A program made the translations under genes and the position numbers. The notes beneath the pieces were generated by a model, which saw only the letters and a program-made list of their open reading frames with translations, was not told where the DNA came from and did no database searches. A DNA stretch of 64,000 bases from Ruminococcus sp. (lineage in GTDB: Bacteria; Bacillota; Clostridia; Oscillospirales; Ruminococcaceae): NCBI GenBank assembly GCA_017960805.1, contig JAGCYM010000023.1, positions 43,103 through 107,102 of the forward strand, written 5' to 3'. Within the stretch, counting starts at the first letter, position 1, and every line of letters starts with the position of its first letter. Positions 18,515 to 28,098 of the stretch are shown piece after piece.

Positions 18515-20713
18515 TCAGGTTAGATAAGTAACATTATCTGAATTGTAGAATTCCCGACTATCAGCAGAAACAAGACCTTTACCATAGTCGACTTTATTGT
18601 TTTTAACAGAAAAATCACTGAACCATCCATCAACAACATACATTCTTCTGGAGGTGTTCTCAGCACCGTACGGCTGATCCATATAAAGCGTATTATTTTC
18701 GAATACATGATGATATCCCCAGCCTTCAACCTGCTCATGCACCTCAAATGCCGCTACTATTTTTTTATTATTGTTTCTGTATCCTATATTATCATGAACA
18801 TAACAGTCATTTCCCTTTAAATCGATAAAACTGCCCGCATAGTTCTCACCGGTCATTCCGTCGCCATAAAATGTACATCCAGATATTTCAGTATCAGTTG
18901 TGTACTCCTTGACATCTACATGCTCGGCTGCCACATTCTTGAAAACACAGTCAATAACTTTGTTATGATCACATTTGAAATCAAATTCAGTCTTTTCTTT
19001 TGAACTTCCGATGTATACTCCTTCACCATATCCAGGAGAAACAAGACCGGTATCATGAATATTACATGATCTAACAGTACAATATGAACTTCCGTCACGA
19101 ATCGCTATGGCTTCTGCTCCGATATTATATATTTCACAGTTCTGAATCACAGAATGATTTGAGTTATCAAGTACAATCCCCTTCTGTGAATAACTGCATA
19201 CAAGTCCGTCTATAATCCAGTTATCTCCAAGAATATTGAGAATATACCCATTCTCAGCAGATTCTCCGATAAGCTGTGGAGGATTATCCGGATCAAGTGC
19301 TTTAAGAATTATAGGCTCATCAAGAGTTCCTTCTGATAAAGCCAGGATCTTATCGTTTTTAATCATATATAATCCGGGAGCCACCTTAATAGTATCGCCA
19401 GCTTTTGCTGTCGCAACAGCTGTACGGAGCTCACCGATATTTGATACTATCTTTGATTCATCAACGAGTTCTTTTCTCATTAAGCACAAATCAAAAGTAT
19501 CAAGTTTTCCATCCGTACAAAGATCAGCATTCTTCCAGTTTTTAAGAACTGTATCATGGTTTCCAAGCAGCCACTTCTCCAAGATTACCAGATCGGCTAC
19601 TGAATATTTTCCATCATCATTTACATCACCATCAATAGTCTCAGTTATGAATTCTTTATACTGATCTCTCAGATCATTGTCATTGAAATAATAATACCAA
19701 GAAAAGATAATGCTCTCCTCTGCTAAATCAGCAGTAGCAAAATAGTTTTCGCGGAGCTCATCAAAATCCTTTCTTACTAATGAACCATCATCTCTGGTTG
19801 AAAAGCTTTCATTATTTATCCAGAAGCTCATATTTCCTTCTACTGATTTTTTCTGAGCCTCTGCCCATTTTCGTATTTCAGAAGCACTATAATTCCTGCC
19901 ACCTCCGTCCTGAGGAGCATAAATATCTATGGAACGAAAGCCTGCTTTATCAACTACATCTTTAATAAAATACGCAAAATCATCTTCCATTGAAATCTGG
20001 TTATTAAAAAACGGACTGATAATAATCGGCTTTTCAGGACAGATACTATTAACTGTATCAACAGTCTCTTTGATATTATCACCTATTATTCGGGCATATT
20101 CCCCGTTGTCTGTTCTATCGCAGGCAGCATCAATATTCCAGATTTCATTTGTATAATACCATCCAGCAATCTGATCACCATATTCTTCTCCGTATCGGTT
20201 CCAGATTTCATCAATTAAGCCGCTGCAAAGCTCTGCATTATTTTCACACCAGTCCTCAAAATAAGAAGAAGGAATGCCCCATCCATAATTCCACCACATA
20301 TCATCATCAACTGTTCCAAGCCACAGCTTCATTCCAGTTATTTTTGCAGCTTCAAGAGCAAGAGCAAGCTCATCACCATCATTCAATGATGTATGATGTT
20401 TGGCATTGATTGAAGAAGGAAAAATACAATAGCTCTCAGAAGAAAGATATGCAGATGGATCCTGCTTGTTTTCACCAGAACACTCTCCCCTGTCTATGTC
20501 ATAAACAGACTGAAGTATCAATGAATCAAAACCAGCCGACTTCATTTCAACCAATTCCTGTTCCCAACGTTTCTGAGTCCAGTCTCTACAAGACCAATAC
20601 TGTATAAAAGTGGATGTAAATCTACTACTTCTTTCACCTTTCGCATAAGAAGATGGAACTGAATAAGCAGAACATATTACCGCAGACAATAGAATACTTA
20701 TTAGTCTTTTCAT
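18515..20713 (-). CDS. DUF4434-like TIM barrel - dockerin - right-handed beta-helix protein
   Basis: Signal peptide; TFIQ..W..W..E..MK.AG.D.LILQ, GWYYTNE, APQDGGG and WINNESF; central dockerin; beta-helix with GEGVYIGS and EHVDVKE. Confidence 0.75.
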   Translation of the reverse strand: MKRLISILLSAVICSAYSVPSSYAKGERSSRFTSTFIQYWSCRDWTQKRWEQELVEMKSAGFDSLILQSVYDIDRGECSGENKQDPSAYLSSESYCIFPSSINAKHHTSLNDGDELALALEAAKITGMKLWLGTVDDDMWWNYGWGIPSSYFEDWCENNAELCSGLIDEIWNRYGEEYGDQIAGWYYTNEIWNIDAACDRTDNGEYARIIGDNIKETVDTVNSICPEKPIIISPFFNNQISMEDDFAYFIKDVVDKAGFRSIDIYAPQDGGGRNYSASEIRKWAEAQKKSVEGNMSFWINNESFSTRDDGSLVRKDFDELRENYFATADLAEESIIFSWYYYFNDNDLRDQYKEFITETIDGDVNDDGKYSVADLVILEKWLLGNHDTVLKNWKNADLCTDGKLDTFDLCLMRKELVDESKIVSNIGELRTAVATAKAGDTIKVAPGLYMIKNDKILALSEGTLDEPIILKALDPDNPPQLIGESAENGYILNILGDNWIIDGLVCSYSQKGIVLDNSNHSVIQNCEIYNIGAEAIAIRDGSSYCTVRSCNIHDTGLVSPGYGEGVYIGSSKEKTEFDFKCDHNKVIDCVFKNVAAEHVDVKEYTTDTEISGCTFYGDGMTGENYAGSFIDLKGNDCYVHDNIGYRNNNKKIVAAFEVHEQVEGWGYHHVFENNTLYMDQPYGAENTSRRMYVVDGWFSDFSVKNNKVDYGKGLVSADSREFYNSDNVTYLT

Positions 20714-20745
20714 AATGAATTCCTCATATTTGTGGATATTCAGTT

Positions 20746-21210
20746 TTAGCTCATATTGGCAAGTTCTATAATCTTTTTTCCAGATGGATTAACATATCCT
20801 TCAATCATCATTGAATCAGGAGCACTAACCTGAAGTTTTTCCAAGGTCTCTCCGAACCCGCTTCTACCGGATGTTGCAAAAAGAATGATTTTCTTGCCGC
20901 TGAAATCATAGCTTTCAAGGAATGTATTGATTATAGTCGGAGCAATATACCACCAGATAGGAAATCCAAGATATATTGTATCATATTCATCTACATTCAG
21001 ATCAGTATCGGCAAGTGAAGGTCGGGAACTTGGATCATTCATTTCAATCGTGCTTCGTGACAGCTTATTTCTCCAGTTTAAATCCGCTATAGTATAGGGT
21101 ATTTCCGGACGTATCTCATATAGATCAGAATCTGAGACTTTAGCAAGTTCGGAGGCAAGTGAAGCCGTCGTACCACTCGCTGAAAAAAACGCAACCAATT
21201 TCTTGCTCAT
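20746..21210 (-). CDS. Flavodoxin-like protein
   Basis: LVAFFSASGTT, LGFPIWW and FATSG motifs. Confidence 0.9.
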   Translation of the reverse strand: MSKKLVAFFSASGTTASLASELAKVSDSDLYEIRPEIPYTIADLNWRNKLSRSTIEMNDPSSRPSLADTDLNVDEYDTIYLGFPIWWYIAPTIINTFLESYDFSGKKIILFATSGRSGFGETLEKLQVSAPDSMMIEGYVNPSGKKIIELANMS

Positions 21211-21314
21211 TATCTTTTCCTCCTAACAGATTATTCTTCTCAAAGCAATAAGAGTTGTTACTATATTTTCATTATAGCAAACCGAACCATGAAAATCAAT
21301 ATTATTAATTGACA

Positions 21315-21346
21315 TTACAAAAAGCCGCCAATGGCGGCTTTTGTAA
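21315..21346 (-). terminator. Terminator
   Basis: AAAAGCCGCC/GGCGGCTTTT hairpin just after the stop at 21351. Confidence 0.8.
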
Positions 21347-21350
21347 GATA

Positions 21351-22898
21351 CTATGATGAGAAATTCAAAACATAAACTTTCGGGATCTCATTCTTTACTT
21401 CATCAGGACATTCACCTATCTTGGAACCAAACGCAGTGGATTCAATATAGAAGTATCTTCTGTTACTTCCTGATATGGTGTAATACTGGCCATAAATGCC
21501 ACTTCCTCCAGATATTCCTACTGCCATATGATCCTTGAAATGCAGCAGAACCACAGCATAATTCATCTCATGCAGAATACCCGCAAGTATTATAGACTTA
21601 TCCTCGCAATCTCCACAACCATCAAAGAACGTTTCATATGGATACTTAGGGTATTCAACTACACCTTTGGATTCGATATCTGTTTTATACGGAATCTTCT
21701 GAGCAACCTGAGCAGCAAGAAGAACTTTCTGATACTCTGTATATCCATAATAGTTTCCTTCCTGTTCAACCCAATCTGCAAACTGTTTAAGAAGCTTCTT
21801 ATTCTCAGTATCGGAACAATACTCAGTCCATTTGCTGATATCTGTTATACGTGGGATTTTGCTATAATAGTCAGCAATACTCTTCTGAAATGTAAGCTTA
21901 TAATAAACATTTTTTCCTGTATTTGGATCAGTCCATGACATCTCTCTTACAACATTTACCGGAGATGTAGTTGTAACTGGTGATACAGTAGTCACCTGAG
22001 GACTCGAAGCTGAAACTGTTGAGGTTTGAGTTGTGATTGAAGTAGTTGTTGTAGTAGTGGTTGTTGTGGTTGTGGTGGAAGTAGTAGTAGTTGTTGTTGT
22101 CGTTGTAGTTGTTTCAACTAAAGTAGTTGTCGATTCAAATACAAGAGGCAATGTTATCTCAGTCGTATAATACCTTGAAGCATAGGTTCCTTCATCAGTC
22201 TTATTCTGTGCGCATACACGAATATAATATGTCTGATCCGGAGTTAATGAATCAACTTTATAATTATACAATGGTGTATTAATTGAACGATTGATGAAGC
22301 TGAAATCAGATTTTGGAGAAAACTCTACACAATAACTCTTTGCATTCTCAACAGCATCCCAGGAAATGAATAATGAACTCTCAGACTGAATCTCAACTTT
22401 AGCTACAGGTACTGAAAGATCATCTGTAATAATACGTACTCCGCTCGGTGAAGTTACCTTAGCTGTAGTTGTCGGAATCTGCGTTGACTCGTTAGTAGTA
22501 GTCGTTACAGGCAAAGTCGTTGAACTCTCAGTTTCGTTCTCGTCATGAAGGAAAGATTTGATATCCTTATTGCCTCCAGTTGAATTATAAGAATAATACT
22601 TAAGAATATATGATGCATCCATTGCGGATACACTTCCATCATTATCGACATCAGCTGCGCTGAACTCAATACTTGATAATGTTGAAGCTCCCCCTGATGA
22701 TAACGAACTATACTCAGCAAGTACTCTGGATGCGTCCTTACCATCAACCATTTTATCACCATTCACATCACCAAGAGAATGTGCTTCTAAAGCTACAACA
22801 GTTACAGGATGAAAAGTTTCTGAACTATCGTATCTGAACACTTGAAAAACAGCTAAAGATATAGCAGTAAGACAAGCGGCTATTTTCTTCAATTTCAT
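21351..22898 (-). CDS. Dockerin - FN3 - Thr-rich linker - transglutaminase-like Cys-protease domain protein
   Basis: Signal peptide; dockerin GDVNGDKMVDGKDAS...ADVDNDGSVSAMDAS; FN3 (ISWDAV...LTPDQTYYIRV); YPKYPYET, GDCEDK, HMAVGI and YIEST motifs. Confidence 0.8.
   Translation of the reverse strand: MKLKKIAACLTAISLAVFQVFRYDSSETFHPVTVVALEAHSLGDVNGDKMVDGKDASRVLAEYSSLSSGGASTLSSIEFSAADVDNDGSVSAMDASYILKYYSYNSTGGNKDIKSFLHDENETESSTTLPVTTTTNESTQIPTTTAKVTSPSGVRIITDDLSVPVAKVEIQSESSLFISWDAVENAKSYCVEFSPKSDFSFINRSINTPLYNYKVDSLTPDQTYYIRVCAQNKTDEGTYASRYYTTEITLPLVFESTTTLVETTTTTTTTTTTSTTTTTTTTTTTTSITTQTSTVSASSPQVTTVSPVTTTSPVNVVREMSWTDPNTGKNVYYKLTFQKSIADYYSKIPRITDISKWTEYCSDTENKKLLKQFADWVEQEGNYYGYTEYQKVLLAAQVAQKIPYKTDIESKGVVEYPKYPYETFFDGCGDCEDKSIILAGILHEMNYAVVLLHFKDHMAVGISGGSGIYGQYYTISGSNRRYFYIESTAFGSKIGECPDEVKNEIPKVYVLNFSS
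22020..22132 (-). repeat. Degenerate ACN trinucleotide tract encoding a poly-Thr linker
   Basis: GTT/GTA/GTG repeats on the + strand, translating to a long Thr run. Confidence 0.85.
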
Positions 22899-23302
22899 TT
22901 AGTATAATTCCTTTCAAATATAATTACTGAATGCTTTTGATTATCCGAATCTTTTTATATCTTATACAGCTTTTGAAAGCTTTCTTCCTTCTTTGGCAGT
23001 AGGAAGGCAAAGCTTATATCATAATATACAACAAAAATAACCGGATGTCAAGGAATAAGGCTTCAATCTAAAAATGACGATTATAATATATAGATTATAA
23101 TCTGCTAATAGCCAAAATCATACTAAAACTTGCGAATTATTTAAAAAGGACTTTACAAATGCGAAAAAATACAGTATAATGATAGCACAAATAGATAGAC
23201 ATAAATATTGATTTATTAACAGTATCTTCGTTAATGAACTAATATTTATGTACGGGAAAAGGGTTACTGAAAATAAAATATCAGAAAGATCTGAAAAGGA
23301 GA

Positions 23303-26023
23303 ATGGTTTTTATGAGAATCAAAAAAAATCACCTTCTTGCAGTACTGTTCTCAGCTTGTCTGATTGCTTCAGCAACACCTATAACTTCAGCAGCAGAAAC
23401 AGTACCAAAAAGCATTGGTGATGTAAACGGTGACGCATCTATTACAGTAGCTGATTCAGTCGCAATACTTCAATACGTTGCCAACAAAGGTAAATATCCT
23501 CTCTCGGGAGAAGCCCTTAACAGAGCGGATGTTTACAATCGTGGAGATGGTGTAACTGCACGTGATGCACTGTCTATAATGATGTATGATGCGGGAATAC
23601 TCAAATCACTTCCTGAATCATGGTCAGAAGGAACTGAGGAAACTTCCACAGAACCACCAACTGAAGAACAGACGGAACCTGTGACAGAAGAGTTCACAGA
23701 ACCTGTTACTGAACCTCCAACAACAATTCCTGTTGAGCTTGAGGAAGTTGAAACATTTATTAAACTTAATGATTCCAAAATAACTATAGATGGAAAGTAT
23801 GCTCAAGCAGACGGATCTATGGTAACTATCAGTCATTCAGGAAGCTATTACATCGACGGAACTCTCAGAAACGGACAGATCAAAGTTGACGTTCCTGATG
23901 AAAGCGCTGATCCTGGTACTGTTAAGCTAATCTTCAAAGGCGTAAACATCAGTGGAAAGAACTCTCCGGCAATACTAGTAAAAAATGCTGAAAAGACTTC
24001 CATTACTATTGAAGACGGCACCGAGAATTCTATTTCAGACGGTGAATCAGCATATTCTGGTGACTATATCGATAATGCTTTAATCGAAGCTAAAGACGAC
24101 CTGACCATAAAAGGCGGAGAGCTTGGAACAGGTATTCTGAATATTACAGCTAATACCCAGAACGCTATCATCTGCAACAATGATGTTAAGCTTACCGGAG
24201 GAAATATCAATATAACAACACTCAACAAAGAAGAAAAAACAGATGCGATAAAAGGCAAAACCTCAGTAACAGTTAAAGGCGGAAGAATAGTAATCGACTC
24301 CGAAGGAGACGGTATCAAGTCTTCAAAGGGAAAAATAGATATCTCAGATGGTGAGATAATCATAAAAGCTGGAAGCGATGCAATTCAAGCCGAAACTGAA
24401 CTCAACATTTCAGGCGGCGATATCTCAGCATGCGGAGACAGAGGACTGAGAAGTGAAGGAACTATAAGCATTACAGGAGGAGAACTCCTAGCAACTGCTT
24501 CAGATAACCAGTGTGACAAACTTACTTCAACAGTTCAGCCTGCCATATTACTTGACATGACCAAGCAATGGTCAAAGAACAATCCTATTACACTGACTGA
24601 TTCCGGTAAAAATATATTATTTGATAAGAATACACGCAAGAAGTATCGCTATGTAATTGTTTCATCACCTGAACTGACCAACAATACTTCTTACAGAGTA
24701 TATGCAGGCGGAATCGAAACAAAAGCAGGTTCTGACATAAAAGCTGGAACCCCCAATACATATACCAATGTTAACAACACCGACTGCGCAGACCTTCTTT
24801 ATGCAGATCTGTTCAATCAGAGCAGTGTTCATAAGATAGAAGTTGAAATGCCTAACTGGAATGAATTTCTGAAGCATTCACAGGATGAAGAATATTATCC
24901 ATGTAATGTTATAATAGACGGCGAACGTCTTGACAATGTAGGAATAAGAACTAAAGGACACAGTTCAAATATGTTTGTATATCAGGCTGGCAAGGATAAA
25001 TACAGCTTCCGATTTAAGCTTGATAAATATGACAAATATCAGAATTATAAAGGTCTGACCGAGATATGCGTCAACAACTTCTATTCTGACCCATCATGCA
25101 TGCGAGATGTTCTTTGCTATAACGCTATGTATGACCTAAATGCATATGCGCCAAACGTCGGATACACAGACATGTATCTCAACGGCCAGTTATACAGTTT
25201 CTATCTGCTGTGCGAGCAGCCTGGTACTACAGTCGGTGAGAGACTAGCAACAACTGATGATGCTGTATTCTACAAGGCCGCTGATGTCGGAAATTCATAT
25301 GACTGTACATTCAGACCTCAGATGGCACTTAACAATTTCGAGGTTAAATTCGGAACGGATGATGAACTCAAGCATATTCAGGAAGTTAAAGATGCAATTA
25401 ATAAAGTCTCTTCAAGCAACTATAAATTCATTGAAGATGTAATTGATGTTCCAAGTTTCCTTAAAGGATTTGCGGTTAATGCTGTTATGGCAAACTATGA
25501 CAGCTACAACGGACAGATGGCCCACAACTACTATGTTATGTACAACGAAGGAAAAATGTACTACGTAGGTTGGGATTATAATCTGTCTATAGGTAACTTC
25601 ATGGATAATGGAGCAGCCGCTGAATCCGACATAACAACAGGACTTTATCAGGCAAATGCTGATCAGCGTCCAATGCTGACTAATCTTCTTAAAGTTCCAG
25701 AGTACAGAGAAATGTACTATGGATATGTTAAGGAAATCGTAAACCTGTACAATGATCCTGAAAAGACTGTAAACGGACTGGCTTCTCTAATCAAGGATCA
25801 CGTCAAAGCAGACCCGCGTTTCTTCTTCACATATGATAAATTCGAGAGCAACATTTCCAAGAGCCCACAAGGTTTGCAAGTTGGCAAGGGCGGCGGAATG
25901 GGCGGTATGTGGGGAATGTGGGGAGGCGGCGGCGGACTGTTCTCCTACGGCGGCGATAAAGTCTCAATTGTTGATTTTATGATTAAGAGAAACGATTATA
26001 TCCACAAAAAGCTCGGATTCTGA
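23303..26023 (+). CDS. Dockerin - Cthe_2159/DUF4353-type carbohydrate-binding beta-helix - CotH kinase
   Basis: Signal peptide; dockerin GDVNGDASITVADSVAILQYVAN; DAIK/DGIKS/DAIQA repeats; CotH motifs GIRTKGHSS, YSFRFK, NYDSY..HNYY and WDYN. Confidence 0.85.
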   Translation: MVFMRIKKNHLLAVLFSACLIASATPITSAAETVPKSIGDVNGDASITVADSVAILQYVANKGKYPLSGEALNRADVYNRGDGVTARDALSIMMYDAGILKSLPESWSEGTEETSTEPPTEEQTEPVTEEFTEPVTEPPTTIPVELEEVETFIKLNDSKITIDGKYAQADGSMVTISHSGSYYIDGTLRNGQIKVDVPDESADPGTVKLIFKGVNISGKNSPAILVKNAEKTSITIEDGTENSISDGESAYSGDYIDNALIEAKDDLTIKGGELGTGILNITANTQNAIICNNDVKLTGGNINITTLNKEEKTDAIKGKTSVTVKGGRIVIDSEGDGIKSSKGKIDISDGEIIIKAGSDAIQAETELNISGGDISACGDRGLRSEGTISITGGELLATASDNQCDKLTSTVQPAILLDMTKQWSKNNPITLTDSGKNILFDKNTRKKYRYVIVSSPELTNNTSYRVYAGGIETKAGSDIKAGTPNTYTNVNNTDCADLLYADLFNQSSVHKIEVEMPNWNEFLKHSQDEEYYPCNVIIDGERLDNVGIRTKGHSSNMFVYQAGKDKYSFRFKLDKYDKYQNYKGLTEICVNNFYSDPSCMRDVLCYNAMYDLNAYAPNVGYTDMYLNGQLYSFYLLCEQPGTTVGERLATTDDAVFYKAADVGNSYDCTFRPQMALNNFEVKFGTDDELKHIQEVKDAINKVSSSNYKFIEDVIDVPSFLKGFAVNAVMANYDSYNGQMAHNYYVMYNEGKMYYVGWDYNLSIGNFMDNGAAAESDITTGLYQANADQRPMLTNLLKVPEYREMYYGYVKEIVNLYNDPEKTVNGLASLIKDHVKADPRFFFTYDKFESNISKSPQGLQVGKGGGMGGMWGMWGGGGGLFSYGGDKVSIVDFMIKRNDYIHKKLGF

Positions 26024-26041
26024 CAACTATATAAATGCAAG

Positions 26042-26081
26042 GAAGCCATAGCATCAAGAACGCTATGGCTTCTTTTCTTTT
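26042..26081. terminator. Terminator between convergent CotH genes
   Basis: GAAGCCATAGC/GCTATGGCTTC plus T-tract. Confidence 0.8.
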
Positions 26082-26083
26082 AC

Positions 26084-27874
26084 TCAGTTTTCTATGATAA
26101 CATACTGCTTCAGATAATCAGTAATATACTTTTTTCGGTTGGAAAAAAAGCCTCTAAGTTCCTGAACTGAATCACTGTAATTGAATCTTGCATTGTTTCC
26201 GCCAAAAGAGCTGCGCCAGAAACGGTTATAGGTATCAACCGTCATATCGCAGTATGATTCAGATAGTTCATCTATTCTAGTATTGACACGTTCATCACTA
26301 AAACTAGTTTCAGATATTTCCGTAAAAGTCTCATAGAATTCTTTTCTGAACGATTTGTTTTTCAAAGCCGCATTAAACAGATCAGCTGTAAATGAATCCT
26401 TATCCATAAATTTTTCAAAGCTGTCGTTAATCGGCTGTGATTGCCCGTATATCCCTGAGCTGTATTCTGTGTCAAACATTATATAACGCCATCTGCCATC
26501 TGCATACATATTCTCTGCATCAACAGTTTGTGCTCTCCACATTGCTGAATTACTCTTTCCCCAGTCACAGTTGTCTATATATAATTCTGTACTTACATAA
26601 TCCATAAAGCTCTGCATATCAACCTTCTGACAAAGCTCATCATAAGCTGAATCATCAGAAAAATCCGTTGATTTTATCCATTCATGCAACTTTTCCCATT
26701 CATCATATGTTGCCTCATCACCTTCATCCAGCTCATCCTTCTTGATGATGCAAACATCTTTTTTTGGAATTCCAAAATGTGATTTTATAAAAGCTGCATC
26801 CATCTTTTCAGTTATTTCATATTGTCCCCAGTATTCTCCGTTAATGAAAAGAATACAAGGCACCATCCCCTGGGTGAGAAACTGACGATCTGAAACAAGA
26901 GACTGAATTAGTTTATCACGGAAGCGAGTATACATTGCATCATTTCCGCCATTTCGAAGCATAAATGAATCAAACTCTGTTATTGAAGAATTGCTGATCT
27001 CACTGTTTACTGATCCCGAAAAGAGATCATATTCAAGCTTGGAAAGACCGTAATCTTTGCGTGCATAAATGTTGAAGCTCTTCTGAGTATATGAACGTGT
27101 TGCACCACCATGAATACGTATTCCTATGTTCTGAGAAAGCTCAAGCTCACCATTTTCAAAAAACTGTATATTAGCCTCTCGCTCCCATTCCCTGCCCTTC
27201 TGAGTGTAATTCGCAGGCATAAACCATTCAGGAACCGTCGAGTCATAATCATCACCATTCAGCCATTCATCATATTCTCTTCCAAGCATATAAATACCGT
27301 TATCATAATCAAAAAGATTTTTTTCATCTGTTATCAGCGATACTATCTTAACATCATTATAATAACCCGCTTTATCATTGAAAGAAACAAAATATGTATT
27401 TGATACAACTTCACTTTGATTTCCGGATTCATCAACTGCAATAGCTCTGACAACAGTCGCTTTATCCACAGGTGATTTAGGCAGTTCGCGTTCAACGTCA
27501 TCAGCAGGCTGAGCTATATCAGTATACGCACTTAAAACATCAGGATCTGATGAACGGTCATATATATGAATAGGCTGTGTATACTTCTCGCTTTCAATTG
27601 AAGGCAGATTTCCGTCAAGAGTATAATAAACAGTTTTACCTTCATCCGCTGAAATATCAAGATAGAATTCATTTTCATAGAAGCCGCTTTTAGCTGAAAA
27701 ACACATTCCTTCCTGTTCAAAAGGTTCAAAGAAATCTTCTGTGATTGTCTGGTCTATGATTTTCATACTATCAATACCAGAAGATGTTTTATCACTGCAT
27801 GATGAAAGAACTGCACATGAAACAGCGATTAATAAAATTCTATATGATGAATCAGGAATCGTTTTCTGGTACAT
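26084..27874 (-). CDS. Lipoprotein CotH kinase with chitobiase/Fn3-associated (CHB_HEX_C-like) domain
   Basis: Lipobox LSSC; FSAKSGFY...YYTLDG; GIRIHGG..R...KSFNIYAR, NCDW and WRYIMFDTE motifs. Confidence 0.85.
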   Translation of the reverse strand: MYQKTIPDSSYRILLIAVSCAVLSSCSDKTSSGIDSMKIIDQTITEDFFEPFEQEGMCFSAKSGFYENEFYLDISADEGKTVYYTLDGNLPSIESEKYTQPIHIYDRSSDPDVLSAYTDIAQPADDVERELPKSPVDKATVVRAIAVDESGNQSEVVSNTYFVSFNDKAGYYNDVKIVSLITDEKNLFDYDNGIYMLGREYDEWLNGDDYDSTVPEWFMPANYTQKGREWEREANIQFFENGELELSQNIGIRIHGGATRSYTQKSFNIYARKDYGLSKLEYDLFSGSVNSEISNSSITEFDSFMLRNGGNDAMYTRFRDKLIQSLVSDRQFLTQGMVPCILFINGEYWGQYEITEKMDAAFIKSHFGIPKKDVCIIKKDELDEGDEATYDEWEKLHEWIKSTDFSDDSAYDELCQKVDMQSFMDYVSTELYIDNCDWGKSNSAMWRAQTVDAENMYADGRWRYIMFDTEYSSGIYGQSQPINDSFEKFMDKDSFTADLFNAALKNKSFRKEFYETFTEISETSFSDERVNTRIDELSESYCDMTVDTYNRFWRSSFGGNNARFNYSDSVQELRGFFSNRKKYITDYLKQYVIIEN

Positions 27875-28098
27875 AGAATAATCTCCTTATCCGAATTCTT
27901 GTTAATTATATCAAAAAAAGCAGAAATTGTAAAGGATAGAAATTTCTATCTATAACCTTTTTAAAATAATATATTCTTAAATTATAATCATATTTTTCTT
28001 GCATAGCGATCGAATTTGTGTTAAAATATTAATAACTGTTTTATAAAATTGAAAACTATACAGATAAAACCGGTCATATAGAGATAAGACCTGGTGAA

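Noticed and set aside
22020-22132. Trinucleotide tract as a phase-variation or CRISPR-like repeat
   Set aside because: It is a degenerate in-frame Thr linker with no repeat-spacer structure.
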